Shown piece by piece: positions 50,566-59,999 of a DNA stretch of 64,000 nucleotides; the first letter of the stretch is position 1; every line of letters begins with the position of its first letter. The stretch spans positions 13,392,001-13,456,000 of the forward strand of contig OZ249447.1 in the NCBI GenBank assembly GCA_965235115.1, written 5' to 3'. Both the position numbers and the translations under genes were made by a program. The notes below the pieces were generated by a model. That model ran no database searches. It was not told where the DNA came from and worked only from the letters and a program-made list of their open reading frames with translations. This DNA is from Laetmonice hystrix. Its lineage: Eukaryota.

Positions 50566-51664
50566 GTCGGCTCTAGCTCTGTACCAGACGCTCACGGTCG
50601 GCTCTAGCTCTGTACCAGCCGCTAACAGTCGGCTATAGATCTGTACCAGCCGCTAACAGTCGGCTATAGATCTGTACCAGCCGCTAACAGTCGGCTATAG
50701 ATCAGTACCAGCCGCTAACAGTCGGCTATAGATCTGTACCAGCCGCTAACAGTGGGCTATACATCTGTACCAGCCGCTAACAGTCGGCTATACATCTGTA
50801 CCAGACGCTTACTGTGGGGTCGAGCTCTGTACCAGACGCTCACGGTCAGCTCTAGATCTGTACCAGACGCTCACGGTCGGCTCGAGCTCTGTACCAGCCG
50901 CTAACAGTCCGTTATAAATCTGTACCAGACGCTCACAGACTGCTCTGTACCAGACGCTCACGGTCAGCTCTAGATCTGTACCAGACGCTCACAGACTGCT
51001 CTGTACCAGACGCTCACGGTCAGCTCTAGATCTGTACCAGCCGCTAACAGTCGGCTATAGATCTGTACCAGCCGCTAACAGTGGGCTATAGATCAGTACC
51101 AGCCGCTAACAGTCGGCTATAGATCTGTACCAGCCGCTAACAGTCGGCTATAGATCTGTACCAGCCGCTAACGGTTGGCTATAGATCTGTACCAGCCGCT
51201 AACAGTCGGCTATAGATCTGTACCAGACGCTCACTGTGGGGTTGAGCTCTGTACCAGACGCTCACGGTCAGCTCTAGATCTGTACCAGACGCTCACAGAC
51301 TGCTCTGTACCAGACGCTCACGGTCAGCTCTAGATCTGTACCAGCCGCTAACAGTCGGCTATAGATCTGTACCAGACGCTCACGGTCGGCTCGAGCTCTG
51401 TACCAGCCGCTAACAGTCGGCTCTAGATCTGTACCAGACGCTCACAGACTGCTCTGTACCAGACGCTCACGGTCAGCTCTAGATCTGTACCAGCCGCTAA
51501 CAGTCGGCTATAGATCTGTACCAGACGCTCTCGGTCAGCTCTAGCTCTGTACCAGACGCTCACGGTCGGCTCGAGCTCTGTACCAGCCGCTAACAGTCGG
51601 CTATAGATCTGTACCAGACGCTCACAGACTGCTCTGTACCAGACGCTCACTGTCGGCTGTAGAT
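50566..51664. repeat. Polymorphic 25/31-bp minisatellite, ~36 units of several interspersed variant types
   Basis: Shared core CTGTACCAG(A/C)CGCT(A/C)AC; variants ATCTGTACCAGCCGCTAACAGTCGGCTATAG, CTCTGTACCAGACGCTCACGGTCAGCTCTAG and CTCTGTACCAGACGCTCACAGACTG. Confidence 0.96.
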
Positions 51665-52149
51665 ATATGTCTTGCCAAGGGCATGATGTCCATGTGTTGC
51701 GTGTAAACATGATAAGGCAGGAGGCACGAGGAAGATATTCTAGATGTGCCTCAGATGTGGGCTGTGATAGCGATATACATTATAACCATAATGTCACGTA
51801 CAGGAGTCGATCAAAGAACACTTCCTATTTTGGTTATCTGTCGTGATGGTATTCAACAGAAATCGTTATGAATTGAATGACAGCGATGTGGGGGCTGGAC
51901 AGAGGAGGGGATGAAAGTGAAAGAAAACGTGCATTGAACAGATGGTAACCGTCATAATATTCATCATCTGTTGTGGGTGTACAGATGGTAATTTGATGAT
52001 GGAAGGTTGAGTGGGCCAGTGACTGTGGTCGTCGTACTCCGAATATTCACACACAAATCAGTTCCCGTCACATCACTTGGTGATACTGGGATGCAGAGAG
52101 TGAAATGTCGGTGGTGATTCACGGATGGTATTAACTATTTGTGTTACAG

Positions 52150-52210
52150 GAATGTTTTGGAGGGAGATGACAACCGTGACAAGCGAATGACGTGCACCGT
52201 CAACCTCCTG
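52150..52210 (+). CDS. DOCK3/DOCK4: DOCK exon (DHR-2): NVLEGDDNRDKRMTCTVNLL
   Basis: ttacag/gtaggt, 61 nt, phase 2 to 0. Confidence 0.95.
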
Positions 52211-52426
52211 GTAGGTACTCGCTGTATCTTTCTACCGTCAGGTTACATCAGGCTACAATAGCAACACGTCACGGTTAATAAAAAAGTTATCATGGCCTCG
52301 ATAGTAAATGTGTACCATCTGTGAGATGGATTTATTTGATGTGTTCAACCTCAATAATTCTTGTTCCACAGTACCCAGAATTGCTGATGCTCACTGTAAT
52401 ACTTGTGTGTTTTTTTTTTCTGACAG

Positions 52427-52669
52427 AATTTCTACAAGAATGAGATTGACCGACAAGAAATGTACATTCGGTACATTTACAAGTTGCGGGACCTTCACCT
52501 GGCCAGTAATAACTTCACGGAGGCAGGTTTTACGTTGTTACTACACGCCAACCTACTGGACTGGCGAAATACCACCGTACCCGGTGACCACACCTTCCCG
52601 ACACAACCCGAGTGGCAACGGAAGGAGACGCTGTATAGGACAATCATTGATTACTTTGACACCGGAAAG
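52427..52669 (+). CDS. DOCK3/DOCK4: DOCK exon (DHR-2): NFYKNEIDRQEMYIRYIYKLRDLH...IIDYFDTGK
   Basis: tgacag/gtaggc, 243 nt, phase 0-0. Confidence 0.97.
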
Positions 52670-52694
52670 GTAGGCTCCACCAGGCTACACTGGG

Positions 52695-53062
52695 AACTTA
52701 GGGATCAGGGTTTTATTGTAGTCAGTAAACTTCACTTCTCATACTCAACATCTGCCCACACTGAGAGGGGACATTGAGATTGAGAGATAGAAGTTCAAGT
52801 TGACACATCAGAGGTTTATATTGAAATCTGTCTCGGTAACATATTGTGGTGTGTTTCGTCTTACAGTGCTGGGAAGCTTGAAACTTAGGGATCAGGGTTT
52901 TATTGTAGTAAACTTCACTTCTCATACTCACTCGACATCTGCCCACACTGAGAGGGGACATTGAGATTGAGAGATAGAAGTTCAAGTTGACACATCAGAG
53001 GTTTATAGTGAAATCTGTCTCAGTAACATATTGTGGTGTGTTTCACCTTACAGTGCTGGGAA
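52695..53062. repeat. 181-bp tandem duplication (52695-52875 and 52882-53062) that includes a 3' splice site and 9 nt of exon
   Basis: Two near-identical copies read directly, both ending ttacag|tgctgggaa. Confidence 0.95.
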
Positions 53063-53140
53063 AACGGCATTCCACTGCTGAAAGAACTTGCCAAAGTCTA
53101 TGAGACAAAGTTTGACTACAAGAAACTTAGTAAAAACCTG
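53054..53140 (+). CDS. DOCK3/DOCK4: DOCK exon (DHR-2): CWENGIPLLKELAKVYETKFDYKKLSKNL
   Basis: ttacag/gtaagt, 87 nt, phase 0-0; a duplicate decoy acceptor lies 187 nt upstream. Confidence 0.95.
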
Positions 53141-53264
53141 GTAAGTCACAGGACTTGTATGACTTCATGAAGCTGAGCTTTAGTCACAGAGAGAGAGAAT
53201 TGATTATTTAGAAGTAAAGGTTTTTTTAACAATGAATTCTGATTGTCTGAATAATTGATTTCAG

Positions 53265-53369
53265 GAAACCCAAGCAAGGTTCTATGAGAAGATCCTGAAC
53301 GAACTCCGACCAGAGCCCGAGTATTTCCGTGTTGGTTTCTATGGCCAGAGTTTCCCACTGTTCCTCAGG
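53265..53369 (+). CDS. DOCK3/DOCK4: DOCK exon (DHR-2): [35 protein letters not shown]
   Basis: tttcag/gtaagt, 105 nt, phase 0-0. Confidence 0.97.
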
Positions 53370-53490
53370 GTAAGTCGTCCTCTGATTCTCCTCTGGTTTA
53401 AAAGATTATTTTAAGAGAAAGTTGTAAAATTGTTCATCACAACTCAGACTAAACACCATAAGGTACACATTGACTTCTTTCTCTTTGCAG

Positions 53491-53629
53491 AACAAAGTGT
53501 TTGTTTATAGAGGTGAAGAATATGAAAAGCTTGGATCCTTCCAGCAACGACTGCAGTCTGAGTTCCCTGGTGCCACTATGCATAACAATAACCCAGTCAG
53601 TGCAAACATCAAGCAAGGGGAGACACAGT
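53491..53629 (+). CDS. DOCK3/DOCK4: DOCK exon (DHR-2): NKVFVYRGEEYEKLGSFQQRLQSEFPGATMHNNNPVSANIKQGETQ
   Basis: ttgcag acceptor; U12-type donor gtatcctt; 139 nt, phase 0 to 1. Confidence 0.95.
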
Positions 53630-54039
53630 GTATCCTTGTGTCAATAACATGAGGACTTGTCGTTAGTAGTGGTTCATTGTCACTGTCAGTGTCCTCGTCG
53701 TTAGTAGTGGTTCATTGTCACTGTCAGTGTACAGTGTCCTCACCATCATAATGATCTACTTTTGTTTGCAGTGTCCACGTTACTGTGTAACTGATCTACC
53801 ATTACTGAATTATCTGATAAATTGATTCACTCGGGACTCGCTTTAGTTGTTTACCCTTGCCTATTAGACCTGGATACCTTTTTAGGGGCCCCATTTTGGC
53901 GTATTTTTCACATTGTTGGCCATTAATCGTACGTGGCTGACGATGAATGGCAGTGGTGAGTCAGCGTTGTTGGGCCTGGGTGGTGGTGGTTTGAGAAGTG
54001 AGTACCCCCGGTATTCGTCCTTGACCCTGACAATAACAG
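53630..54039 (+). other. U12-type (minor spliceosome) GT-AG intron, 410 nt
   Basis: 5' GTATCCTT; branch site TCCTTGAC at 54018-54025, about 15 nt before the 3' AG; no polypyrimidine tract; joins the flanking exons in frame (t|gc = Cys). Confidence 0.9.
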
Positions 54040-54206
54040 GCATCCAGATATGTTCCGTGAAACCAGTACCAAGGTCACGAGAACAGTTCTATGGACAGTC
54101 TGTCCCCGAACCCGTCATCAGCTTCTACAAGGTCAATGAGGTCAGTGAGTTCCAGTTTGACCGTCCTTTCCATCGAGGCCAAAAGGATGAAAATAATGAG
54201 TTCAAG
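54040..54206 (+). CDS. DOCK3/DOCK4: DOCK exon (DHR-2): IQICSVKPVPRSREQFYGQSVPEPVISFYKVNEVSEFQFDRPFHRGQKDENNEFK
   Basis: taacag/gtgagt, 167 nt, phase 1 to 0. Confidence 0.96.
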
Positions 54207-54454
54207 GTGAGTCATAGAACATGGAGAAAAAAAACTGTCTGTTGGAATTAGGGGTGCTTTCTCATCATGTCGTTAGCTTGTCATATCGTTAACTCCAATG
54301 TATTTTCAATGGGGATTTTAATGCACGACAGGATAACGATAGATGAGAAATGCGCCCCTGTATCATAAGGAGTTTAATAACCTTCAGAAGTACAATTTAT
54401 TATTTGAATAATCTAAGCGTATTTCTAAATCTGCTCGACTAAACAATATTGCAG

Positions 54455-54718
54455 ACGCTCCATCGTGAGCGGACGTCGCTAAGGACAGCGTCCGAGTTAC
54501 CCGGTATCTTACGATGGTTTGAAGTGGTCGAGAGTGAGGTCCAACAACTCAGCCCAATCGAATCGGCCATTGACAGTATGGAGCTCATGAACCGAACGTT
54601 ACGCAGCCTGGTGGCCACTTATAGTACCAACAATTACCAACAGTTGAGCCCACTCACTATGCGTTTAAAAGGTGTCATCGACGCAGCAGTCAATGGTGGC
54701 TTCACCAAATACCAAGAA
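54455..54718 (+). CDS. DOCK3/DOCK4: DOCK exon (DHR-2 catalytic lobe): TLHRERT...LPGILRWFEV...GVIDAAVNGGFTKYQE
   Basis: ttgcag/gtaagt, 264 nt, phase 0-0; nucleotide-sensor valine motif. Confidence 0.97.
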
Positions 54719-54900
54719 GTAAGTTCAAGTATTCTGCATTTACTGGTAATATTTAAATCCACGTATTTTGTCTTGCAATTTTACGTGTTTTAATTGGGAG
54801 TTGTCTAGTTGGAGAGTTGACGGATGTTTGATGGAAACTTTGGTAAGGATTGGTTGAAAACCTGAAATGAAGCTCACTTTGTTTGCTGTTTTTTCACCAG

Positions 54901-54984
54901 GCCTTCTTCAGTAACGAGTACGCCATCAAGTACCCTGAGAATACACACGCCGTGAACAGGTTAAAGGCATTGTTCCTCGAGCAG
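54901..54984 (+). CDS. DOCK3/DOCK4: DOCK exon (DHR-2): AFFSNEYAIKYPENTHAVNRLKALFLEQ
   Basis: caccag/gtaggt, 84 nt, phase 0-0. Confidence 0.96.
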
Positions 54985-55140
54985 GTAGGTGGTCATCAGT
55001 TTCTGGCTTGAAACCATCAGCTTCAGTCATGAACCAGCTCAAGGCAACAGCTTGTTGACTTAAGTCATCAAGTGGGATGATGAATGGGGTCTGCATAGAC
55101 GGACGAACTGTATGAATGTGAGTATTGTATGTGATTCCAG

Positions 55141-55260
55141 GTTCAGATTCTAGAGGGCGCTCTGTCCCTTCACGGTCGGCTGGCCCCGCTCGATCTGCAG
55201 CCACTACACAAACGTCTGGTGGAACTGTTCGGGACCATGAAACAAAGCATCAAGGAGTCG
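55141..55260 (+). CDS. DOCK3/DOCK4: DOCK exon (DHR-2 end): VQILEGALSLHGRLAPLDLQPLHKRLVELFGTMKQSIKES
   Basis: ttccag/gtgagt, 120 nt, phase 0-0. Confidence 0.95.
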
Positions 55261-55348
55261 GTGAGTAATCCCACTTATCACTGACAGTCTTCAGCCTTCT
55301 GGTGGACACTACGACCTGATTCAACCTTGACCCTGTGAACATTTCCAG

Positions 55349-55464
55349 GGCTCTCCCAACATGGTGCGGTTACTCGGCGCCTTGAGAGCGGAGGAGGCAG
55401 CAGCACAGATGGACCCACTCGGAGGCTCTCGGCGGTCAAGTCTTCACTCCAACAAATCTTCCAT
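55349..55464 (+). CDS. DOCK3/DOCK4: DOCK C-terminal tail exon: GSPNMVRLLGALRAEEAAAQMDPLGGSRRSSLHSNKSS(M)
   Basis: tttccag/gtgaga, 116 nt, phase 0 to 2; fits the next exon's phase. Confidence 0.8.
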
Positions 55465-55646
55465 GTGAGAAGTCGACTGGTTCTCTTTCATTCACTGCCA
55501 GAACTTGTGCCGCATAAAACTGTAAATGCAGGTTAACAGTAATAGAACAAGGGGTAATCTCCCCTTTTGATTTCTGATGTGATTTCTGAAGTTTCAACGA
55601 GTAAATCTGCAGAGAGTTGATGATTTATTATTTTTCTTTGTCTAAG

Positions 55647-55755
55647 GTCAACTCCAACCCCGACTCCTCCAGGAAGTAATCGGTCGTCAGGGATCTTCAC
55701 AGACACCCACTCCGAGATCATCCCAGAGATGGAGCCTGATCTACAGTGTAATGAG
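55647..55755 (+). CDS. DOCK3/DOCK4: DOCK tail exon: STPTPTPPGSNRSSGIFTDTHSEIIPEMEPDLQCNE
   Basis: tttgtctaag/gtaagg, 109 nt, phase 2 to 0. Confidence 0.8.
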
Positions 55756-57087
55756 GTAAGGCCGACCCTGCCTCTGCTGACACCTGGTGGTCACCTCTCC
55801 AACTACATAGAAATAACACTCATGATAGGTCATTACTCCACTGACCCTGAGATGTAGAGAAATTAACACATTTTGTATTTATATCTTTTTCAACATTCTT
55901 ATAACCCCTAACATGATCACCGTAGTCTGTCTCACATGGTGGTACCAACACTAAACTTAACACTCTCATTTACACCAAGAGATTTATCTTTTTATAGCTT
56001 GTGTTGGCTGGTGGCACCCTAAGCTAAGCTGTCATTTTTCAGTGTGCATTCCGTTCCCGGTGGCCATAGAGCATAGTGGTAGAGTGCTAGTACTGTGCCG
56101 TATACGTGTGTTTTAATAATGTCCCAAACTATACTGTCTCATGTCCCATGTACCGGTAGTGAGAGAAACTGGCTCTCACTTCCTTTCATTGACCCCTGTG
56201 TTGATATGGAACCTGGCGCCAAATCTTGTCAGTAATTTTAATGGACCTCTTTATAGAACCTGTCATGGACCTCATTTATAAGTGACGTAGTGCCAGACTG
56301 TGTAATAGGCCTCCGTTTTTAGAATGGACCTGGTTCCAGATCTTGTCATGGACCTTGGTATTGTTAATCAAGGATGTGACCTGTTTTGAAGCCTAGTGTG
56401 TATATGTGATAGAAATGTTGAGGTATTATGTAAGTGCATGGTACGGAGCTGTGTGTTGTTCAAGTCATTGCCTTGCACTCTGGAGGTATACAAGGTAGAG
56501 CAAATCACCGATAAGTGAAGTTAGAGTTTCCCTCCTCACCCTACACACAGCTCATTACTTCCTAACTGAGGTCTTAGCACAGAACAGTGCTACACATTGA
56601 CAAGACTGGACAAATAAAAATGCCGGTACCAGACATTATAGGTTGGCGACAGTGGACATAGCCACAGTGGAGGAAAACTTTGGTGTCTACGTGCTAAATT
56701 CGTTCTGATTCAATACATAAAGGTCCATGATCAACAAAACCAAATCTGCAACATTAATAGTAGCCTCACCTACTGGTGTATCTCTCGGTAACAAAGTGAA
56801 ATACCAGGGGGAACAAACCCCCAGAGGGTCCAGCATACAGGTTTGATTTCCCAAGGGGTGAGGTCAGTTGGTGGTGTAGGTGACGGATGACCGTCTCCTG
56901 AGGTCACTGAGACGCTGACTCCTACTGGTACCTGGCCGTTCTTCACACGGTCATCCCCCGCCCTCACCACCTCCCTGGTTGCTTGGCACTAATGGATCCA
57001 TACACCCCCCCCCCCTCCACCCCAACACCCCCACCCCCTGCTCACCTGCACGCGCTCACCTGCATGGTGCTACCTATCCACCCACAG

Positions 57088-57273
57088 ACTTGTCATCAGA
57101 ACGGCAGTGGCTCTGCCGGGACCACTTCAAGCCTGATGTCGTCGGGTCTGACCAAGCGGCGATTTAGTTCGCCGATGGGGATGGGGCGCCTCCTCTCCAA
57201 CCTGAACCGCCCCCATTCTGCCATCTATGTAAACAACAAGGCTAACGGAGAACCTAGCTCATCTCCCCCGCAG
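57088..57273 (+). CDS. DOCK3/DOCK4: DOCK tail exon: TCHQNGSGSAG...LNRPHSAIYVNNKANGEPSSSPPQ
   Basis: ccacag/gttagt, 186 nt, phase 0-0; RP.SAIY resembles the DOCK3/4 tail motif as I recall it. Confidence 0.82.
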
Positions 57274-58800
57274 GTTAGTATCAGCCACCGCCGCCAGGGG
57301 GCTGCGTCCACAGCGCCACAGTCGATGACGCGATCAGTGGAGAAAAAAATGTTTAACAACGGCGCGGTTGTGTGTGTCCGGGACGTTCCCTGGGTGTAGT
57401 AGTTCCACTGTTGTGTGACAAAACGGGCAGGAGTGTGTGCATACAGACTTTAAGTGGTTGTAAACTCGAGTGTGATTAAAGTGTTCAGGAAAATGGTGTT
57501 GTAAAGGTAGCTTGTCAGGAGTATTCCGTGTTAGTTTATATGGCTTAGGTCTCCTCGAAAGAAAGATGATGCAAGTGTCCTGTTATAAATAGCATCCTAA
57601 ATCAAAGTCGTGATTTTGGGAGTCGTAGATGTTAACTGTAAAAACTGTCGTGATAAAACCAATATGGAGCTTCCAAACCTGCCCATATAATAGCTACAGT
57701 CTCCTAACGTAACTACCCATTGTCATGTCGTACTGTACACATTCCTATCTTCCTGAATATGAATTCCGTCCCCACACGGTGTAACCTAGATCTCATAGTT
57801 AAGCAGGCCCTCGTCACCCCCTGGTGGTCCTTGTGTTAGGCGACCCCCACCTCCCCCGACAACACATAACCTACCCTGTATTGTGACATCAAGGTAGACG
57901 CTACAGAACATATCTCATACAAAACTCGAAACATTTAGTTCACAGTTTTCAGATCAGATCTGCCACCCGTCCTGACAAATATGTCGACTTTATTCGAAAA
58001 GAACAACGTCAGTTCATAAGGAAAGAGTGAAAACACAATGTAAACCATCTCTAGTTGGATGGGTTTTTTTCTGCAGAGGAGGTTACAACATAAAAGATTC
58101 CCACTTTTAGCAGACTGTATTTTATTGCTAATATTTTGATAGAAATAGGTTGCCGCAGAAACTCATTCCATCAAAATGTTGACTGTTTTGTCCTTTGTGT
58201 AAAGTTGCAATTATTCTCTGTTATCACCATTGTCTCCTTAAGATGCACCTGATATTCCACCTAATTAATCCCTAGTGATTAGTTTACTAATATTGATTCT
58301 CTTCACTAGATTTATGTACATGTGTTCTTCCAACATGTTGTGATTATCGAGTAATTCAATTTTGATATAATTCATATCGTATATATGTCAATTGTGCTTG
58401 CTTACCCATGTCAGTGAGCAGTATTGTTAGATGTCATACATACAAACATAAGGGAGGATGAATAAATCCAATCACATTATCAATACATTTACATACAATG
58501 ACGTATATCGTTATATGAGATCGGAAGATCTTGTCTGAAAACATTTGAGTTTGGTAGAGTTTGCCCTGTTTCGGGTTTATAAATTCGAGGGCACGAAGGC
58601 CCCCTAGCCTCTGCTGGACTGGACTCCACGTATTTTCTTGTGTGACAGTTTCAGTCTCATATCTTAGTCCCTTTCATGCATGGTTTCAGAGTAAGATCGT
58701 TTTTAATATTAAGGGACAAATTATATTACGACCTAAGATTACAGATCTGTAGGTGTGTGTGTGTAAGTGTGTGACCAGTCGTTTGTTTGTTATACCACAG

Positions 58801-58879
58801 ACCAATGGACAAGAGACGAGGACGCCCAGTGACCCAGGACTTGGTAACAAGAATGTGCCTGGACAACCTCCCTTCCCTG
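58801..58879 (+). CDS. DOCK3/DOCK4: DOCK tail exon: TNGQETRTPSDPGLGNKNVPGQPPFP
   Basis: ccacag/gtaatc, 79 nt, phase 0 to 1; supplies exactly the phase needed by the exon at 58997. Confidence 0.72.
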
Positions 58880-58996
58880 GTAATCTTTGCAATCTCTGTA
58901 ACTTAGCATCACAACTGATGATTTCCCTCTAACATTGTCGTACATTGACGGAGATCGTCGTGTGTTCTATCAAAGTATCATTGGGATCTCTTACAG

Positions 58997-59203
58997 AACT
59001 CATCCCTGCCCCCTCCAGCCTCAGTCTGGACAGTGGTCTAGGTCAAGGTCAGGGTCAAGGTCAGAGTCCGATGGGCCGAGGTCAGGCCCCGTCTGGACAC
59101 CGTAGAACTCGGACCACGAGTCCTGTTACTATCGGCAGGACGACGGCCAACCCGGTGGACGGCACACCCCCGCGGTTACCGCCCAGAAAAACCTCCTCCC
59201 CAG
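58997..59203 (+). CDS. DOCK3/DOCK4: DOCK tail exon: (E)LIPAPSSLSLDSGLGQGQGQGQSP...DGTPPRLPPRKTSSP; proline-rich SH3-ligand-like motif
   Basis: ttacag/gtgaga, 207 nt, phase 1-1; alternative in-frame donors at 59255 and 59306. Confidence 0.75.
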
Positions 59204-59333
59204 GTGAGACCCTCAAACACAGACACCCACACCCCAGAAAAACCTCCTCCCCAGGTGAGACCCTGAAACACAGACACCCACACCCCAGAAAAACCTCCTC
59301 CCCAGGTGAGACCCTGAAACACAGACACCCCCA
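59182..59333. repeat. 51-bp tandem repeat x3 spanning an exon/intron junction
   Basis: CCCAGAAAAACCTCCTCCCCAG|GTGAGACCCT(C/G)AAACACAGACACCCACAC. Confidence 0.96.
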
Positions 59334-59686
59334 CCCCCTGTTTGCTGCCACAGGACACCGCTAAAAACAACGTTTTGTTATGAGTTCAAAGTTGCTATAT
59401 GTGATGAATTTAAAGGGAAATCAGATGTATTTATTTTAGGAAAAATTGTACTAAGCACGCATTCTGCTTTAAGCAGAATGCAACATGTTTTCAAATGGCC
59501 TGAACTAAGACCTTATAAATTGTTCATATCTATTTGTGTGACACATTTTTCCCTAAACTGTTTGTTTGTTTGTTTACTCCTGAGTTAGATGTGAGTTAGA
59601 GCTGGCAGTGCTATGCCGCGGTAGTCCCCCCCCCCCTCCCCAGTTACTGTACATTACATGCCTGTGTCGTTGATTTCTACCGTCAG

Positions 59687-59713
59687 ACTCCCGCTGTAGG
59701 TCCCACAACACTG
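59687..59713 (+). CDS. DOCK3/DOCK4: Putative 27-nt exon: (D)SRCRSHNT(G)
   Basis: tttctaccgtcag|...|gtaaga, phase 1-1, no stop; splice-signal evidence only. Confidence 0.5.
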
Positions 59714-59847
59714 GTAAGACTGGGTTTTAACACCAAGCTTGTCTTTCTGCCTGCTTCACGGCTACTTGACATCGATTTCTGCCATGTTTTACCCCCTTCT
59801 CATTGCTTTGCAAATATCATTTTGAAGTAATGTCAAAATTGTTACAG

Positions 59848-59861
59848 GTTCTGTATCTTGA
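59848..59861 (+). CDS. Possible terminal coding exon: (G)SVS-stop
   Basis: ttgttacag acceptor in phase 1 gives TGA at 59859-59861, with AATAAA at 59967; the acceptor is weak and the gene could continue beyond the window instead. Confidence 0.25.
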
Positions 59862-59966
59862 TTTCATCACGTCAGTATAAAACATTGGTTAATTACATAC
59901 GCTTCTACTTACCTCATAACATATGAGAGACTTACAGTTTCTCGATTCCCAATGGTCAAAAAATTT

Positions 59967-59972
59967 AATAAA
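59967..59972 (+). terminator. Candidate polyadenylation signal AATAAA
   Basis: Exact hexamer followed by GTGTTCT; relevant only if 59848 starts the last exon. Confidence 0.2.
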
Positions 59973-59999
59973 AGTGTTCTAAGTGAAACAAGAATGAGT

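Larger units (their letters stand above)
14159..59713 (+). other. DOCK3/DOCK4: Multi-exon gene span: dedicator of cytokinesis, DOCK-B subfamily (DOCK3/DOCK4/Sponge orthologue); 5'-partial, 3' end uncertain
   Basis: 48 exons chained by hand give one open frame (5384 nt = 1 + 1794 codons + 1). Recognisable motifs: [92 protein letters not shown] rather than PAVMGG points to DOCK-B over DOCK-A (family knowledge recalled, no database search run). Confidence 0.97.

Noticed and set aside
50566-51664. CRISPR-like look (constant core with variable tails)
   Set aside because: The 'spacers' are a few recurring variants rather than unique sequences; the context is a eukaryotic intron with no cas genes.
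57274-57399. Read-through of exon 57088 as an alternative C-terminus (about 41 extra codons; AATAAA at 58461)
   Set aside because: An open stretch of this length is not unlikely by chance, and downstream in-phase exons exist; only 3'-end data could rescue it.
58077-58116. Strong acceptor (ttttttctgcag) as an extra exon
   Set aside because: The available donor gives 40 nt and would create a stop when joined downstream.
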